The translations under genes were made by a program, and so were the position numbers. A stretch of DNA of 35,402 nucleotides. It comes from Hydrurus foetidus (taxonomy: Eukaryota). The notes under the pieces were generated by a model that saw only the letters and a list, made by a program, of their open reading frames with translations, was not told the origin of the DNA and did no database searches. The stretch spans positions 1 through 35,402 of the forward strand of contig UYFQ01000361.1 in assembly GCA_900617105.1 (NCBI GenBank), written 5' to 3'. Of this stretch, positions 22,201-30,308 are shown one piece after another (the stretch's first letter is position 1; each line of letters opens with the position of its first letter).

Positions 22201-24383
22201 CCTCCTCCTTATCTTCTTCCATTCCTTCCTCCTCATCTTCTTCCATTCCCTCCTCCTCCATTCCCTCCTCCTCTTCATCTTATTCTTCCTCCTCTCTGTT
22301 TGTTGCTCCCTTAGCAATCCCACCCTCCCAGACCCTGCCAGCATCTAGAACCCCTCTTCCTCCCCCTCCTCCTCTTCCCTCCCAGCCACCCCCTCCCCCC
22401 TCTCAGGGCTCAGCTGTAACTAGTGTTCGAGATGCAATCGCCACAACTGTTCGAGACTTTCGATCTCGCATTGTTGCACGGGATGGATCTGTGTCTATAG
22501 AGGCCGGCCGGTCTGGGTCTGGGTCCCTATGCAGTCCTATCACTGCCACTACTGGTGACGCCAGCAGCAGTCAAACGGGTCCTGCAGCAGGGGAGGGGCA
22601 GGATGAGGAGTACTGTCTCGTCTTGGATGCAACTAAGCGCAGCACCGCGCCCGCACAGAGTGTTGAAATCGTTCCTCGGGAACGAGTCAGCGAAGCAGTG
22701 GACTCGGTCATGAGCGAGGCAGACGCTGCAATGTGGAAGAACATGTACACGATGTCTGTTGCTGCCAACAAGGTCTACTTAAAGGGACAACTCACTGGCA
22801 GCTGGCCGTCGGGGATCGCGCCTTGGGCGTTCCGTGAAGCCATCAGGACGCAGTGCAAGGTCATGTACATCTCCGGCAACAGCGAGAGTAAGAAGAGGCA
22901 GCAGTGGGACAGAGTTGTGAAGATGTTGGAATCTCAGGGGCACTACAAAACGCATCCCTCTTCTTCCTCCTCCTCCTCCTCCTCTGTCGGTAAGAATTGC
23001 CGTGTGCCGTTGACAGCTCCTCGGAAGCCGACTGCCCCATCTTCTCAGATCTCTTGGCGATGCACCCTGTGCAAGCGCATCATCCCCAGCAGAGACATTC
23101 CCTGCTTGGGCTGCGGTGCGGTCAGTCTCCGCCAGGCTCCATCCTCTTCTTCTTCCTCTCTCTCTTCATCTTCATCTCTCCCGCCCAGCAGTACCAGCAA
23201 TAACAACAACGACAACAACGGCACTAGCAACAACAACATCAACAACAACAGCAATAACAAGAGGAACGGCAGTGATGGTTGTGTGGACTGTGCAGCGCTG
23301 ACACACACGTGTGCTGCATGTGTGAGAATGAGACGCAATGAGGTCCCTCGACAAACCCCTGCCATCCCTCCTGCAACTTCAACTTCTACAGTACCGTTGA
23401 CTGCAGCTGCAGCTGGTACGAAGACGAAGATGGGGGCTGCCAAGAAGACCACCGCTGGTGCTGTTTCTGATTCTAACCCGAAGGCATCAGGCGTCAAAGG
23501 TGTGACGAAGAAAGCGTCCCTCCCTCCTGCTCCTGCTCCTCAAAAAACTCCATCTGCATCTACATCTTCATCTGGTCCGATCACGAAGAACGTCCCTGCC
23601 CCTCAGACCGATGACTCCCGCTTGGTGAAGAAGTCGACTGTTGCGCCTGTAGCACTCGTGCCTATGAGCAGTACAGCTGCTGCTGCTGCTGCTGCTGCTA
23701 GTGGTGTCACCAGTGTGACTATTGCGAGTGTGAGTGTGAATGCTACCTCAAGTGCTAATGCTAGTGCTAATGCAAGTGGTAATACCAAGGTGGTCAAAGT
23801 TGGAGCTCTGGTCCCCGCCAGCTTCACTCTTCCCCCGAGATCCTCTGGAGCATCAGTGCTCATCGACCTGACCTCGGAAGACGAAGTAGACATCTTGATA
23901 CCCGTCACAGCCAGGCCCTCTCCAGTCCCTGCTGCCTCTTCTTCATCATCTTCCTCATCATCATTTTCAGGGGGCAATAAGACTGTATCGGGGGGTCAGA
24001 AGCGGAACCACTCCAGCGCATTCAATGGAACAGAAGCTGTCCGTCCTAACCGACCCGCAGTCAACCCTTCCCCTTTCATTGATGTCCCCACGACCTCCCA
24101 CCGAGACACTGTGCTCCAATACAACTCCTCTGCATTGAGGCTAGAGTGCCAATCACGCAGCAGCGTCCCTTCCTCTCCTCTGGCCAAGAGGAAGGTCGCC
24201 TCCACTGCCGATCCGCTCACTCCGAGGATCGCGAAGAAAGCGCCTGCTGTGCCTGCTGTGACTGACGCACATCCGGTAAAAGATGTCCTGTCTACCCGGT
24301 CTGTTCCGGCTCGAAGCAGAGCGCACTCGGACAGCAGTTGGGACTCCTTCAATCAACTAGTCGTTGACGATTTTTCTCTGTGA
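16236..24383 (+). CDS. 2715-aa SP-RING (zf-MIZ) protein, putative SUMO E3 ligase-like, with HhH, SIMs, RanBP2-type zinc finger and Ser/Asn-rich disordered regions
   Basis: Uninterrupted 8.1-kb ORF. aa 31-115 LSLNDPASLQRMQIPCRAFECQHLQCFD..FKCSVC..IYVDFVALAIL..DGT resembles the PIAS/Siz SP-RING plus SP-CTD. HhH LRMLPGVGEKKSAKI; SIM-like TVDLCSDDDD and VLIDLTSEDE; zinc finger WRCTLC-x10-CLGC. Confidence 0.8.
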   Translation: MIPPKLLCCEDSLRIYTSSLYLNEHIISQTLSLNDPASLQRMQIPCRAFECQHLQCFDFSVTVSMNDNSKEGNFFKCSVCNERRNPEKIYVDFVALAILRLYKNSDSFKLYRDGTLQHSGTISTEYEAFALNSIFDINQLCDLPSFKSATISLSQLRTTSVFDIGEFFNRTLTPKVLDWINKPHKSTAKKDAELGKKIDEMKPIYASTWKGFEHTLRMLPGVGEKKSAKIVSDIFQEYESAATAHLAKITCGPLTKEETLALKFDPIVHDNVNPKLIDMTVDLCSDDDDVADTVGLPTARATDKSTYKTTGGSAIETFMKAALISKSSQAVPLNHSGSALVPRATSSSSNSTLPPLAGILPNQTVPLTRPAFIPHIGSSVQTQRNVAVPRNIPNQSQNQSQNQNQNVPGSQASLSNSTARTPTITLAPSTVTVAAAQERNSGFNYAAPQRIPISILNAGGGGVAGGGGQMSRGAAAAAKIIMKGNTIRPTYAAATSSSIPSSSSSSSSSSSSSSSSVSSSSSSSSLLPPFSSIPSSSFPVPSSSSSSSSLEVLSLNPPPRPDSSWGQWNPVVNGTQSHASSESQPQSQSVPQGQSVIVSPLVVSETAAESVRKPKRVRQKDAKTIEPADLDENGVEVKKKKKKKVEKIVNPFQVISGMDPALGCSNSTSCKRPNPTAHLAGGFSTARVCRGEMKAEIGSATSAIAGIDGLAASSKRLREKSAVPTGEQLALFLHWMGIKRVSQSTQTGEREGDAEGHTQTGQDRMTATLTLRVPERTTPLRPTGNPSGEKVLNVLGPRTIDRMFQPEGDDERDYPGRNSATPVESDAEEEKEGEKGGEEGGVVHEGSAATDSTLMDNDCAASGQRDSVAVGVAVEEGVICPLTCTPEVLQRVDTPIPTPVPSTHEFILIATAIPIRMQCDNNVVNANITATGGNPTLDEFDTVPMDVSDDTEEHVHVHAPALSQVRTDALRGNRTFDLHPTIPMTAFFNGMKSGVVCSDRSVGGFNNDGLNNNGSHTNGNNVDINSQSHCHSYDGSQRNNDINCDVSGGNVGENMSKNHNKDDNDNGNNNFYRNNPGDVNNINGHTNVHNNNCSGRRDDRGKEVAIRESDRADRDVVSANNSHVHAGNEKHNNGGTDNSDSNDNNKCHNSNNSNGVISSSNRDGDVRNDNTDTLNRNDNDGEKAINNTDSHDSNRAVIIDDHDCNNFINNNNNNNNDNSNNNNDDNSNNNNNDNSNNNEDSNKISNVSNSDNDNIDNDDNKKDDRNDHGMTKNGREEERTCGTADVSTNSDGFHTPNEEEAARDEFNYENENENGGDSQGVGRGILNSNSSVLNSNGVSRDNGPHDVDKTKEGENRRDNEKVRKREGEDEDSNSVYSVNLEDEGKEKENNRKEKNSNDSGTFPSGTFPPFPLGADAVRIEEDSIRMCDDLDDVSTDSDPDNDQNDRQSDRQNLNQNQNNQNQNNQNQNNQNENIGSAVAPEGSHWGSDRGRTGVTGDSGNRTHSHGPDVGNTLNSIESEREVGVTSVSRQNTVAEELRGRGKVGDATADAFKGHGHGHADLVEGRDAVPRMLGWDTESSVPVAVALSVSADVHSRASSASSSAVGGGHAIAPGSVLVFLEERERVREIERERQLMQSGASGLGSGSGCDARKDDSSSEGNNNSINEHNHGDDSAGKESGIENGRRHDSDISGMETADDTSAPSTASLLERLQSPTIPAALHSSQDLPLSSDCTADCPADGILMANVNFSSNPKELAPIATGAEKHVQAPPVRTNRIYHRESSVALAVKRKMPVNTSAPFQSRVSTPSPTVCVTDSVPPAATYDDSTDGGDNGGSNDGGDGAVPDKDILDSSVQVTSIPSIVCRPSLPLSPSSSSSSASSPPRMTPFSSTSSHTAQVSLSTTVTSKSVHPSSSSSSLGHNSHNTETPVAAPMRDTFSSRSLFHPRQSNSIPESNSSTSVVPSFGSTAMMSSFSTISKTTPTCDTAPSSSSSSLSSSIPSSSSSSIPSSSIPSSSSSYSSSSLFVAPLAIPPSQTLPASRTPLPPPPPLPSQPPPPPSQGSAVTSVRDAIATTVRDFRSRIVARDGSVSIEAGRSGSGSLCSPITATTGDASSSQTGPAAGEGQDEEYCLVLDATKRSTAPAQSVEIVPRERVSEAVDSVMSEADAAMWKNMYTMSVAANKVYLKGQLTGSWPSGIAPWAFREAIRTQCKVMYISGNSESKKRQQWDRVVKMLESQGHYKTHPSSSSSSSSSVGKNCRVPLTAPRKPTAPSSQISWRCTLCKRIIPSRDIPCLGCGAVSLRQAPSSSSSSLSSSSSLPPSSTSNNNNDNNGTSNNNINNNSNNKRNGSDGCVDCAALTHTCAACVRMRRNEVPRQTPAIPPATSTSTVPLTAAAAGTKTKMGAAKKTTAGAVSDSNPKASGVKGVTKKASLPPAPAPQKTPSASTSSSGPITKNVPAPQTDDSRLVKKSTVAPVALVPMSSTAAAAAAAASGVTSVTIASVSVNATSSANASANASGNTKVVKVGALVPASFTLPPRSSGASVLIDLTSEDEVDILIPVTARPSPVPAASSSSSSSSSFSGGNKTVSGGQKRNHSSAFNGTEAVRPNRPAVNPSPFIDVPTTSHRDTVLQYNSSALRLECQSRSSVPSSPLAKRKVASTADPLTPRIAKKAPAVPAVTDAHPVKDVLSTRSVPARSRAHSDSSWDSFNQLVVDDFSL
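19250..20030 (+). repeat. Coding AAT/AAC/GAT low-complexity tract (poly-Asn/Asp)
   Basis: Dense AAT repeats, strongest at 19858-19960, translated as NNNNNNNNDNSNNNNDD. Confidence 0.9.
20596..20648 (+). repeat. Coding 15-bp tandem repeat (AATCAAAATCAGAAC), ~3.5 copies
   Basis: Perfect tandem copies encoding NQNQN. Confidence 0.85.
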
Positions 24384-25326
24384 CCTGACCTGATACGATC
24401 TGACCTGATGTGATGTGATGTGATTTGATCTCGATTACGCGGTGGTCTATGTGTGTTTCGCTACCTTACTTGTCACCTATCTGTCTGTCTATGCATCTGT
24501 CCTTATCTTGCTGCGATGTTGCTCCACCTGACTAGCTCCTCACAGTATAACGCATTTGGGGTACTGCTGAGTGGGATAGGCTCTATCAAGGGACCAGATC
24601 GATAGACTACTCTTTGTGCATCCAATCTCGTCTTAATATAATCGAAACCATTTAACGATGGTGTAGCTCTCCAATTGAATTTGGCCGAGTGCATGAGAAA
24701 ACGAGACTGCTCCGATTTGATTTGATTCAATCGCATTTCAGTCGAGACACCGAAAGTCGATAGGTGCGCAACCAAATGCGCGGTGGAAGAAACCAGATGA
24801 AGAAAAATGGGATGCAAGCCTCATGTAAATGCGGTCTGTAGTGATGGCATTATCCTCGAGAAATAAACGGAATATCCCGCTTCCCTCACTAACTATGCCG
24901 AATGCGCTGCCGTAATGTTCCGGATATGATCGCTGAAACTTGAATCTTGAATCTTGAAAGTGCAAGACAAACTCGTGCCACTTCGTGCGAATTTTAGAGG
25001 GAGTATGAACGGTGTTTCCATCTCCGCTGCGGACTGGCATGGATTGGACTGGACTGGACTGGCATAGTTGCGGAACAGTCATCCTCATCGACAGCTCAAA
25101 AATGATAAAAGTGACGAATCCTTCTTTCAAGGTCGCAAAGAAATTAATTTCTTCAACAATTAAATGGGTTGATATGAACTCAGTGTGCTGTCGATATTTA
25201 GGAATGCCACGTTGTTGGAGTCATGTGTGGTGACGAGTACATTTGAATCACATTTATATTACACTTTAATAACAGCTGCTATCTTCGCAAAAGAGTGCTG
25301 AAGTCATTTGAATCTCGATACAAACA

Positions 25327-26301
25327 TCAGCTTCTCTTCTGAGTGACCTCACGCAGTTTGCGAAGATAGTTGATCTTGCCTCGCATCATGCTTCTTTCAA
25401 TCATGAAGGGAGGGGTGCTGGCGTACCTCTGGTGGCTTATGCACGTTATCTCCGTTCTACTCCTGTTACCACTAGACCGAAGGGGCTTGAGAATATTCAG
25501 ACCCATAATTTTCTCTGATCTCCCGAAGTCCTTGTTCACGGGAACTAAAGGGTGCTCCGTGTGCTTGGACACGAGCAGTATCTCATCGCTTGCTGGCTTT
25601 GAGTAGTAATGCATCAGAGAGCAGAAGTCATAAGGTTTGATTCCAGTAGGAATGTTCATTTTGGTCCAGATAACTTTTGAATTCGGTGATAGGATTTCGA
25701 TGTCTGATCTGCCAGCACTGTACTTGTTGTACTCTTCTGCCTTCGTTGAGTCCAAGAGATATTCAAGAAGCGATCTTGAGTCAGTTTCAATGACTGTCGA
25801 GGATTTGACGCATGGCCAGTCCCCATCTTCTTTCTTGAGATTCATTGACGATCTTCGCAATTTCCAGACGCAGATGTCATCCTCTCTACCCATGAAGTCC
25901 CACTTGACGTCATCAGACAAGTAACTGTTACTCTCATCAATTAATGCTGCTATCTTCCGCGGGAATTCAGTACCTACATTCCACTCTCTCCACGCCGTTC
26001 CTGAAATCCTATTCACGGTTGCAGCGCAGTGTGATGCCACAGAAGCGCACTTTTCATAGGCACCAATTTGAATATTTTCGATGAAATTTTCACATGCATC
26101 TTTTAGTTTATGACAGTCACGCCAGCGGGCAGATTTGTTATCGTCGTGCAAATCCCCAGAATTACTCTTATTAACTACAATGCGACGACTGCTGGAGCTC
26201 GTGAAGTTAGGAATAGCTGCAGAGATTAGCGTGCAGATCCATAGCTTTAGGAGTCGTGTCGAAACGGCATAGATTCCCCACCGCTCCATGCCATGACTCA
26301 T
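25327..26301 (-). CDS. START/SRPBCC lipid-binding domain protein, 324 aa
   Basis: Intact ORF with the START pattern WDFMGREDDICVWK..PCVKSSTVI..LLEYLLD..EYNK..VIW..GIKPYDFCSLMH..EHPLVP..RSE..TEITCISH. Weakly hydrophobic N-terminal segment. Start codon uncertain (26301 or 26289). Confidence 0.78.
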   Translation of the reverse strand: MSHGMERWGIYAVSTRLLKLWICTLISAAIPNFTSSSSRRIVVNKSNSGDLHDDNKSARWRDCHKLKDACENFIENIQIGAYEKCASVASHCAATVNRISGTAWREWNVGTEFPRKIAALIDESNSYLSDDVKWDFMGREDDICVWKLRRSSMNLKKEDGDWPCVKSSTVIETDSRSLLEYLLDSTKAEEYNKYSAGRSDIEILSPNSKVIWTKMNIPTGIKPYDFCSLMHYYSKPASDEILLVSKHTEHPLVPVNKDFGRSEKIMGLNILKPLRSSGNRSRTEITCISHQRYASTPPFMIERSMMRGKINYLRKLREVTQKRS

Positions 26302-28247
26302 GTGAAAGTTCCAGTTTCAGAGATTTTTAAGCCTTTTAGCTGGGCACATATGCAGGGTCAAGCTTCCTCATTTCACACTACAGTATACCAATCCATTGAT
26401 GGATCTATGATGGATGGTGTTCTACAGTATCATGCATGATTTGGAAGGAGAACAAGAACCCGCTGCATGCGTCACAGGTCACAGGTCGGGTCACAGGTCA
26501 CAGCAGATCACTGACATCAGTGTAAGTACGTCACATGCAGTTCGTACACTTCACGCACTATGTAACTACCGTCTCCGACACTATGTTTTATTTTGTTTGA
26601 GTGTGTATCCGGGAAATCGGGCTTTCTTTTGGCCGGCGATGAATATACTACTCGAAACACACCTTCGCATTCACAATACAACAACTTTATCAGTTCTCCA
26701 CCTCATCAGTTTCTGAGTGGTGCAAATTGACTACTGTGCTATAGTTGGCGGGAAAAGGAAATTACATCGGGATCCGAGGAAAACTTCTGCCGCAAATCGG
26801 ATTGCAGGAAGCCGTCTACATCGATCTCGATTAGCTGAGGAGGTCAATACTGTGACTCCTGCATGTTCGACTCTCCTTTTAGCTCCTGTTTATGTTTCTA
26901 AAAGTATTTCATCATACAAAACCATCAACTGCGCCCAGATTTAAGCTCTCCATCGATTTGAAATCTTTAATTTACGAGATCGTGTCAAATCTCAGGCATG
27001 ATCCGATTGGACAGCATCCATTGCGAAGTAATCGGAGCTTTTTCCCTAGCCAGTGGCACAAAGTTCAAAACAGACATCGCATGGACTATGTGAAGTATGC
27101 ACGGTGTAGTATTGCTGGTACAGTCACGTTTTTGAAGACCATATTTTCACCCACAATATTTTTGACTCCCAATATATAGCACTTCTTTATTGAATCCTGA
27201 TTGAATTCGATTCATAACTTCAATTTGCGGCACTAGGCGAAGCCCTTGCATTTTTTTTTCTATTAGTTTCTCGCAGATGATGGTGCGTCGTCAATTCAGC
27301 TGTGCGCCAAGGTTCGAGTAGTGCCACCCATATCACGTGGCGCAGCCGAACTTTCAACAGTGCATGATTGATTTATGTCGCCCTCAATAACAGAGCATTC
27401 TTAGATGCATTTTGCTTGTTAAATTTGCTTTCAAATCAACAGTAATCAATTTGCCGATCATCCCATTCACTTTCTTCCTTTCTCTCCCGACACGTCAAAA
27501 TTTCTGGGCATTCCATGGATGCCGCCGATCTAGTTGGCTCCCCGTTTTACTGTGGGAACTTTGATTGACTTTAAAGAAGCTTCAAAGCATTAAGAGCCTC
27601 CGGCAAATTATTTTCTTTAGGAAATTACAAAAATAAACATGGTGCATGTAATTGCGGACAAAATAATGAAACTTGGAAGAATCCACGCCCGCGGCATACC
27701 TATCGAGATGAACCAATAGCTGACTAAGGTAAATAAAGATGATTGGCCGCGTCAGAAGCGCCCAATTCTCTACGTAGAGCCGTCATCTGCAACTTTTTTT
27801 AGCATTAAATTTAAGAAAATATTAAAAAATATTACCGCTTGCTCAAAGTGGGCGCTCTTGCTGAAATCTTCTTTTAATACCATATTGAAACCAGATTCGA
27901 TTGGTCTCCGGAAATCTGTAGCACAGTAATTAATGGAATTCAGTCGCAGAACGCAATTTTGAGACTCTGACGTTATCTCAGAGGATTTTCATGAATTTTC
28001 GATCAATCAAAAAGTTGCTGCTCGCCCGTGCAGCAAAAACCAACCTGCTTCGATAGAACCCTCGACATTTCTCAAGTATGGTCAATTGGGAGACATCTTG
28101 CTAGTACAATTAAGGTGGAGGTATACTGGAAGAGGTACAGAACTTGGATCGTTATGACGGCTATTTCCATTATTTTCTGAAAAGATAGTGTCGGAGACGG
28201 TAGACAGCAAAAGATGGATGAAGATATGTAAGACGATATCATATACT

Positions 28248-28385
28248 AGGATAGCATGAGACTAAACAGAACGGGATAGGATATAATAGTAGAGCAATGA
28301 ATGGAATAGAATACGATAACATAGGGTAGAGCAGGAAAGGACAGTATCAGATTCAATAGAATAGCATAAGATAGGACAGGATATC
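28248..28385. repeat. Degenerate pentamer repeat (GATAG/AATAG)n
   Basis: 5-nt-periodic purine-rich run, e.g. ggatagcatgag..gaatagaatacgataacatagg..aatagaatagcataagatagg. Confidence 0.7.
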
Positions 28386-28795
28386 ACAGAAGTTTTCAAA
28401 TCAAATTGATCTACAACATAGCTGTACCAATGAAATCTATTATGGTTATACGTAGCAAAGTTGGGAAATTGCTTCTTATTCCGAGAGGTCAATGAAAATA
28501 AATGGAATCCCAGCAGCAACATATGATGTGAAAAAGATCTTCAAGAAATCGGTCAAATCTGGCCTTCAGATTATGGCTGGGATGACATCTGTATGGAGTA
28601 AAAAATAGAATATCAATATTTGAAATTTCAATTTTTTTCACCATGAACAATGAAAAATAAAAATAACAATAACAACACTCAATACTCATGAATAGCCGAC
28701 GGCGTTTATGTCAATGCAATTGAAAGTACTGTGAGGTTCAGTCCGATCTGGCCGTCATGTGGATTGTTCGTCCCAGCAGCAGGGCTCTTGGCCCT

Positions 28796-29161
28796 TGTCG
28801 GAATAACTGTGTGTTAAGTAACCGTATAAGTCATTACGTATGTACGCTTGATGACGTTTCACCGTCGTGTGCTGTGTGGGGGTCGCTACTCCACACGGTC
28901 CAAGTTCTTTTTAACCCAGGAACATCGAAAGCAATGAAAGTACACCATGTTTGACTGTGTGGGACAGCGCGATCTTGTCGGCTGTCTCCATGAACAATGT
29001 AAGACACGTTGCATTGTTAATTACCTTTAACCTCACAAACAGCAGAACTTTCTCTTCGAGCCGAGTCAGTTGCTAGCTACTGTGCAGAAGTTGCAGAAGG
29101 AGAGCGTACGCAGGAAGATCTAGTGTGACATTCAGTGAGTCTGAACGCCAACCGTACGACA
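28796..29161 (+). repeat. 5' LTR (3' boundary tentative)
   Basis: Starts TG. 28796-28955 is near-identical to 34948-35106. The end is placed at CGACA (29157-29161) only because it is the inverted repeat of the initial TGTCG. Confidence 0.6.
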
Positions 29162-29195
29162 TAATTAACAATTGCTTTCGAACTTGCAACCTGCA

Positions 29196-30308
29196 ATGAA
29201 AGGCAGAGGCAGAGGCCGAGAGCACAATCCCGCAGGCGGTCGAGCAAACCCTGCCAACAGTGGCAGAGGGAACGCTGGCCGCGGTGCGAAGCCTCCACCA
29301 AGAACAGGAACGGTAGCCGCGATCGGCGCATTCCTGGATCTTGGAAGAGAGATGAACCATGGTAGCGTAAGCGCATGGATGAGAAAGTTTCGCGAATACA
29401 CACGCGCAAACTACAAGTCCGATATCTGCGAGATATTCGGCAATGAGGGCATACCGGGTACTTACCCGCAATATGTCGCTCCGGTAGACATACCTCTGGA
29501 TGCTGGGTTTATGGCCGCTACCAAATGGAAGAGAGCACTAGAGCTCTACGACAAGCTAGTCCTGACACTAAGGGAGGACCGAAAACAAGTTTTCGGTCTC
29601 ATGCTGGGACAGATCAGCGAACAGTCGAAATCGACTATAAGAGAGACGGAATCGGGCATCACAGCCATGCTAGAGGAGGATCCGCTACTGCTACTCCGAG
29701 CAATTATTCTGACCCACCTGTCTGACCCGAGACTAGGTGCGGATCAGAATTTGCTGAGAGTACGCATGGCGTACGAGACTGTGAAAATGGAGCCAAACGA
29801 CGTCTTGAAGTTCTACTACCAGCGCTTCAAAGCGCTGAAGACTGGATATGAGGACACCATGCGTGCCCTAGGGGTCATGCCAGAATACAACGAGGCTATG
29901 ACCGCCCATAACGAGATATTATCTGGAATGAAATTCATGAATGGGTTGAATTCTGGGTACCGGCACTACGTAGAATACTATGAGCATAGGCTCAAAGACT
30001 GGCCGGACACGCTAGAGGACGCGTACCTCGAGATGGCGAAGGTCACGCCTAAGAAACCGGCGGGCACAGTCCCACCCAACCAGACCAACGTTTTTGCGAC
30101 AAAAACGGCCGGAGGTGAGAGACCACCTGGGGCTGAGAAAGCGAAAGCCAGTGGGAACGGGGGCAGAGGGAAGGGTGGGCGTACGTCGTACGGCACCCGT
30201 CCCGGGAACTGTAATCAGTGCGGTGTAGCCGGACACTACTCTTACGAGTGCACGGCCAAGGATAGCCAAGCGGGTGCACCAGCACCCAGTGGAAAGTCGG
30301 TAAACTAA
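29196..30308 (+). CDS. gag: Retrotransposon Gag
   Basis: First ATG at 29196. RG-rich N-terminus, helical core, zinc knuckle CNQCGVAGHYSYEC (CX2CX4HX4C). Stop TAA at 30306-30308. Confidence 0.88.
   Translation: MKGRGRGREHNPAGGRANPANSGRGNAGRGAKPPPRTGTVAAIGAFLDLGREMNHGSVSAWMRKFREYTRANYKSDICEIFGNEGIPGTYPQYVAPVDIPLDAGFMAATKWKRALELYDKLVLTLREDRKQVFGLMLGQISEQSKSTIRETESGITAMLEEDPLLLLRAIILTHLSDPRLGADQNLLRVRMAYETVKMEPNDVLKFYYQRFKALKTGYEDTMRALGVMPEYNEAMTAHNEILSGMKFMNGLNSGYRHYVEYYEHRLKDWPDTLEDAYLEMAKVTPKKPAGTVPPNQTNVFATKTAGGERPPGAEKAKASGNGGRGKGGRTSYGTRPGNCNQCGVAGHYSYECTAKDSQAGAPAPSGKSVN
30299..30305 (+). promoter_or_regulatory. Candidate -1 ribosomal frameshift slippery site G_GUA_AAC
   Basis: X_XXY_YYZ heptamer in gag frame, immediately before the gag stop. 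The pol frame is -1 and open from 30266. Confidence 0.55.

Noticed and set aside
24503..25233. Short ORFs between the giant ORF and the START gene
   Set aside because: No recognisable motifs or coherent splice model; includes pentamer repeats, so likely UTR or intergenic.
27300..27350. GGTTCGAG resembling a tRNA T-loop or B-box
   Set aside because: No T-stem, acceptor stem or cloverleaf can be built; there is only a TGCGCCA/TGGCGCA inverted pair.
26400..28790. Possible decayed gene or transposon in the 2.4-kb gap
   Set aside because: Only short ORFs with no identifiable motif, and no terminal repeats found by eye.
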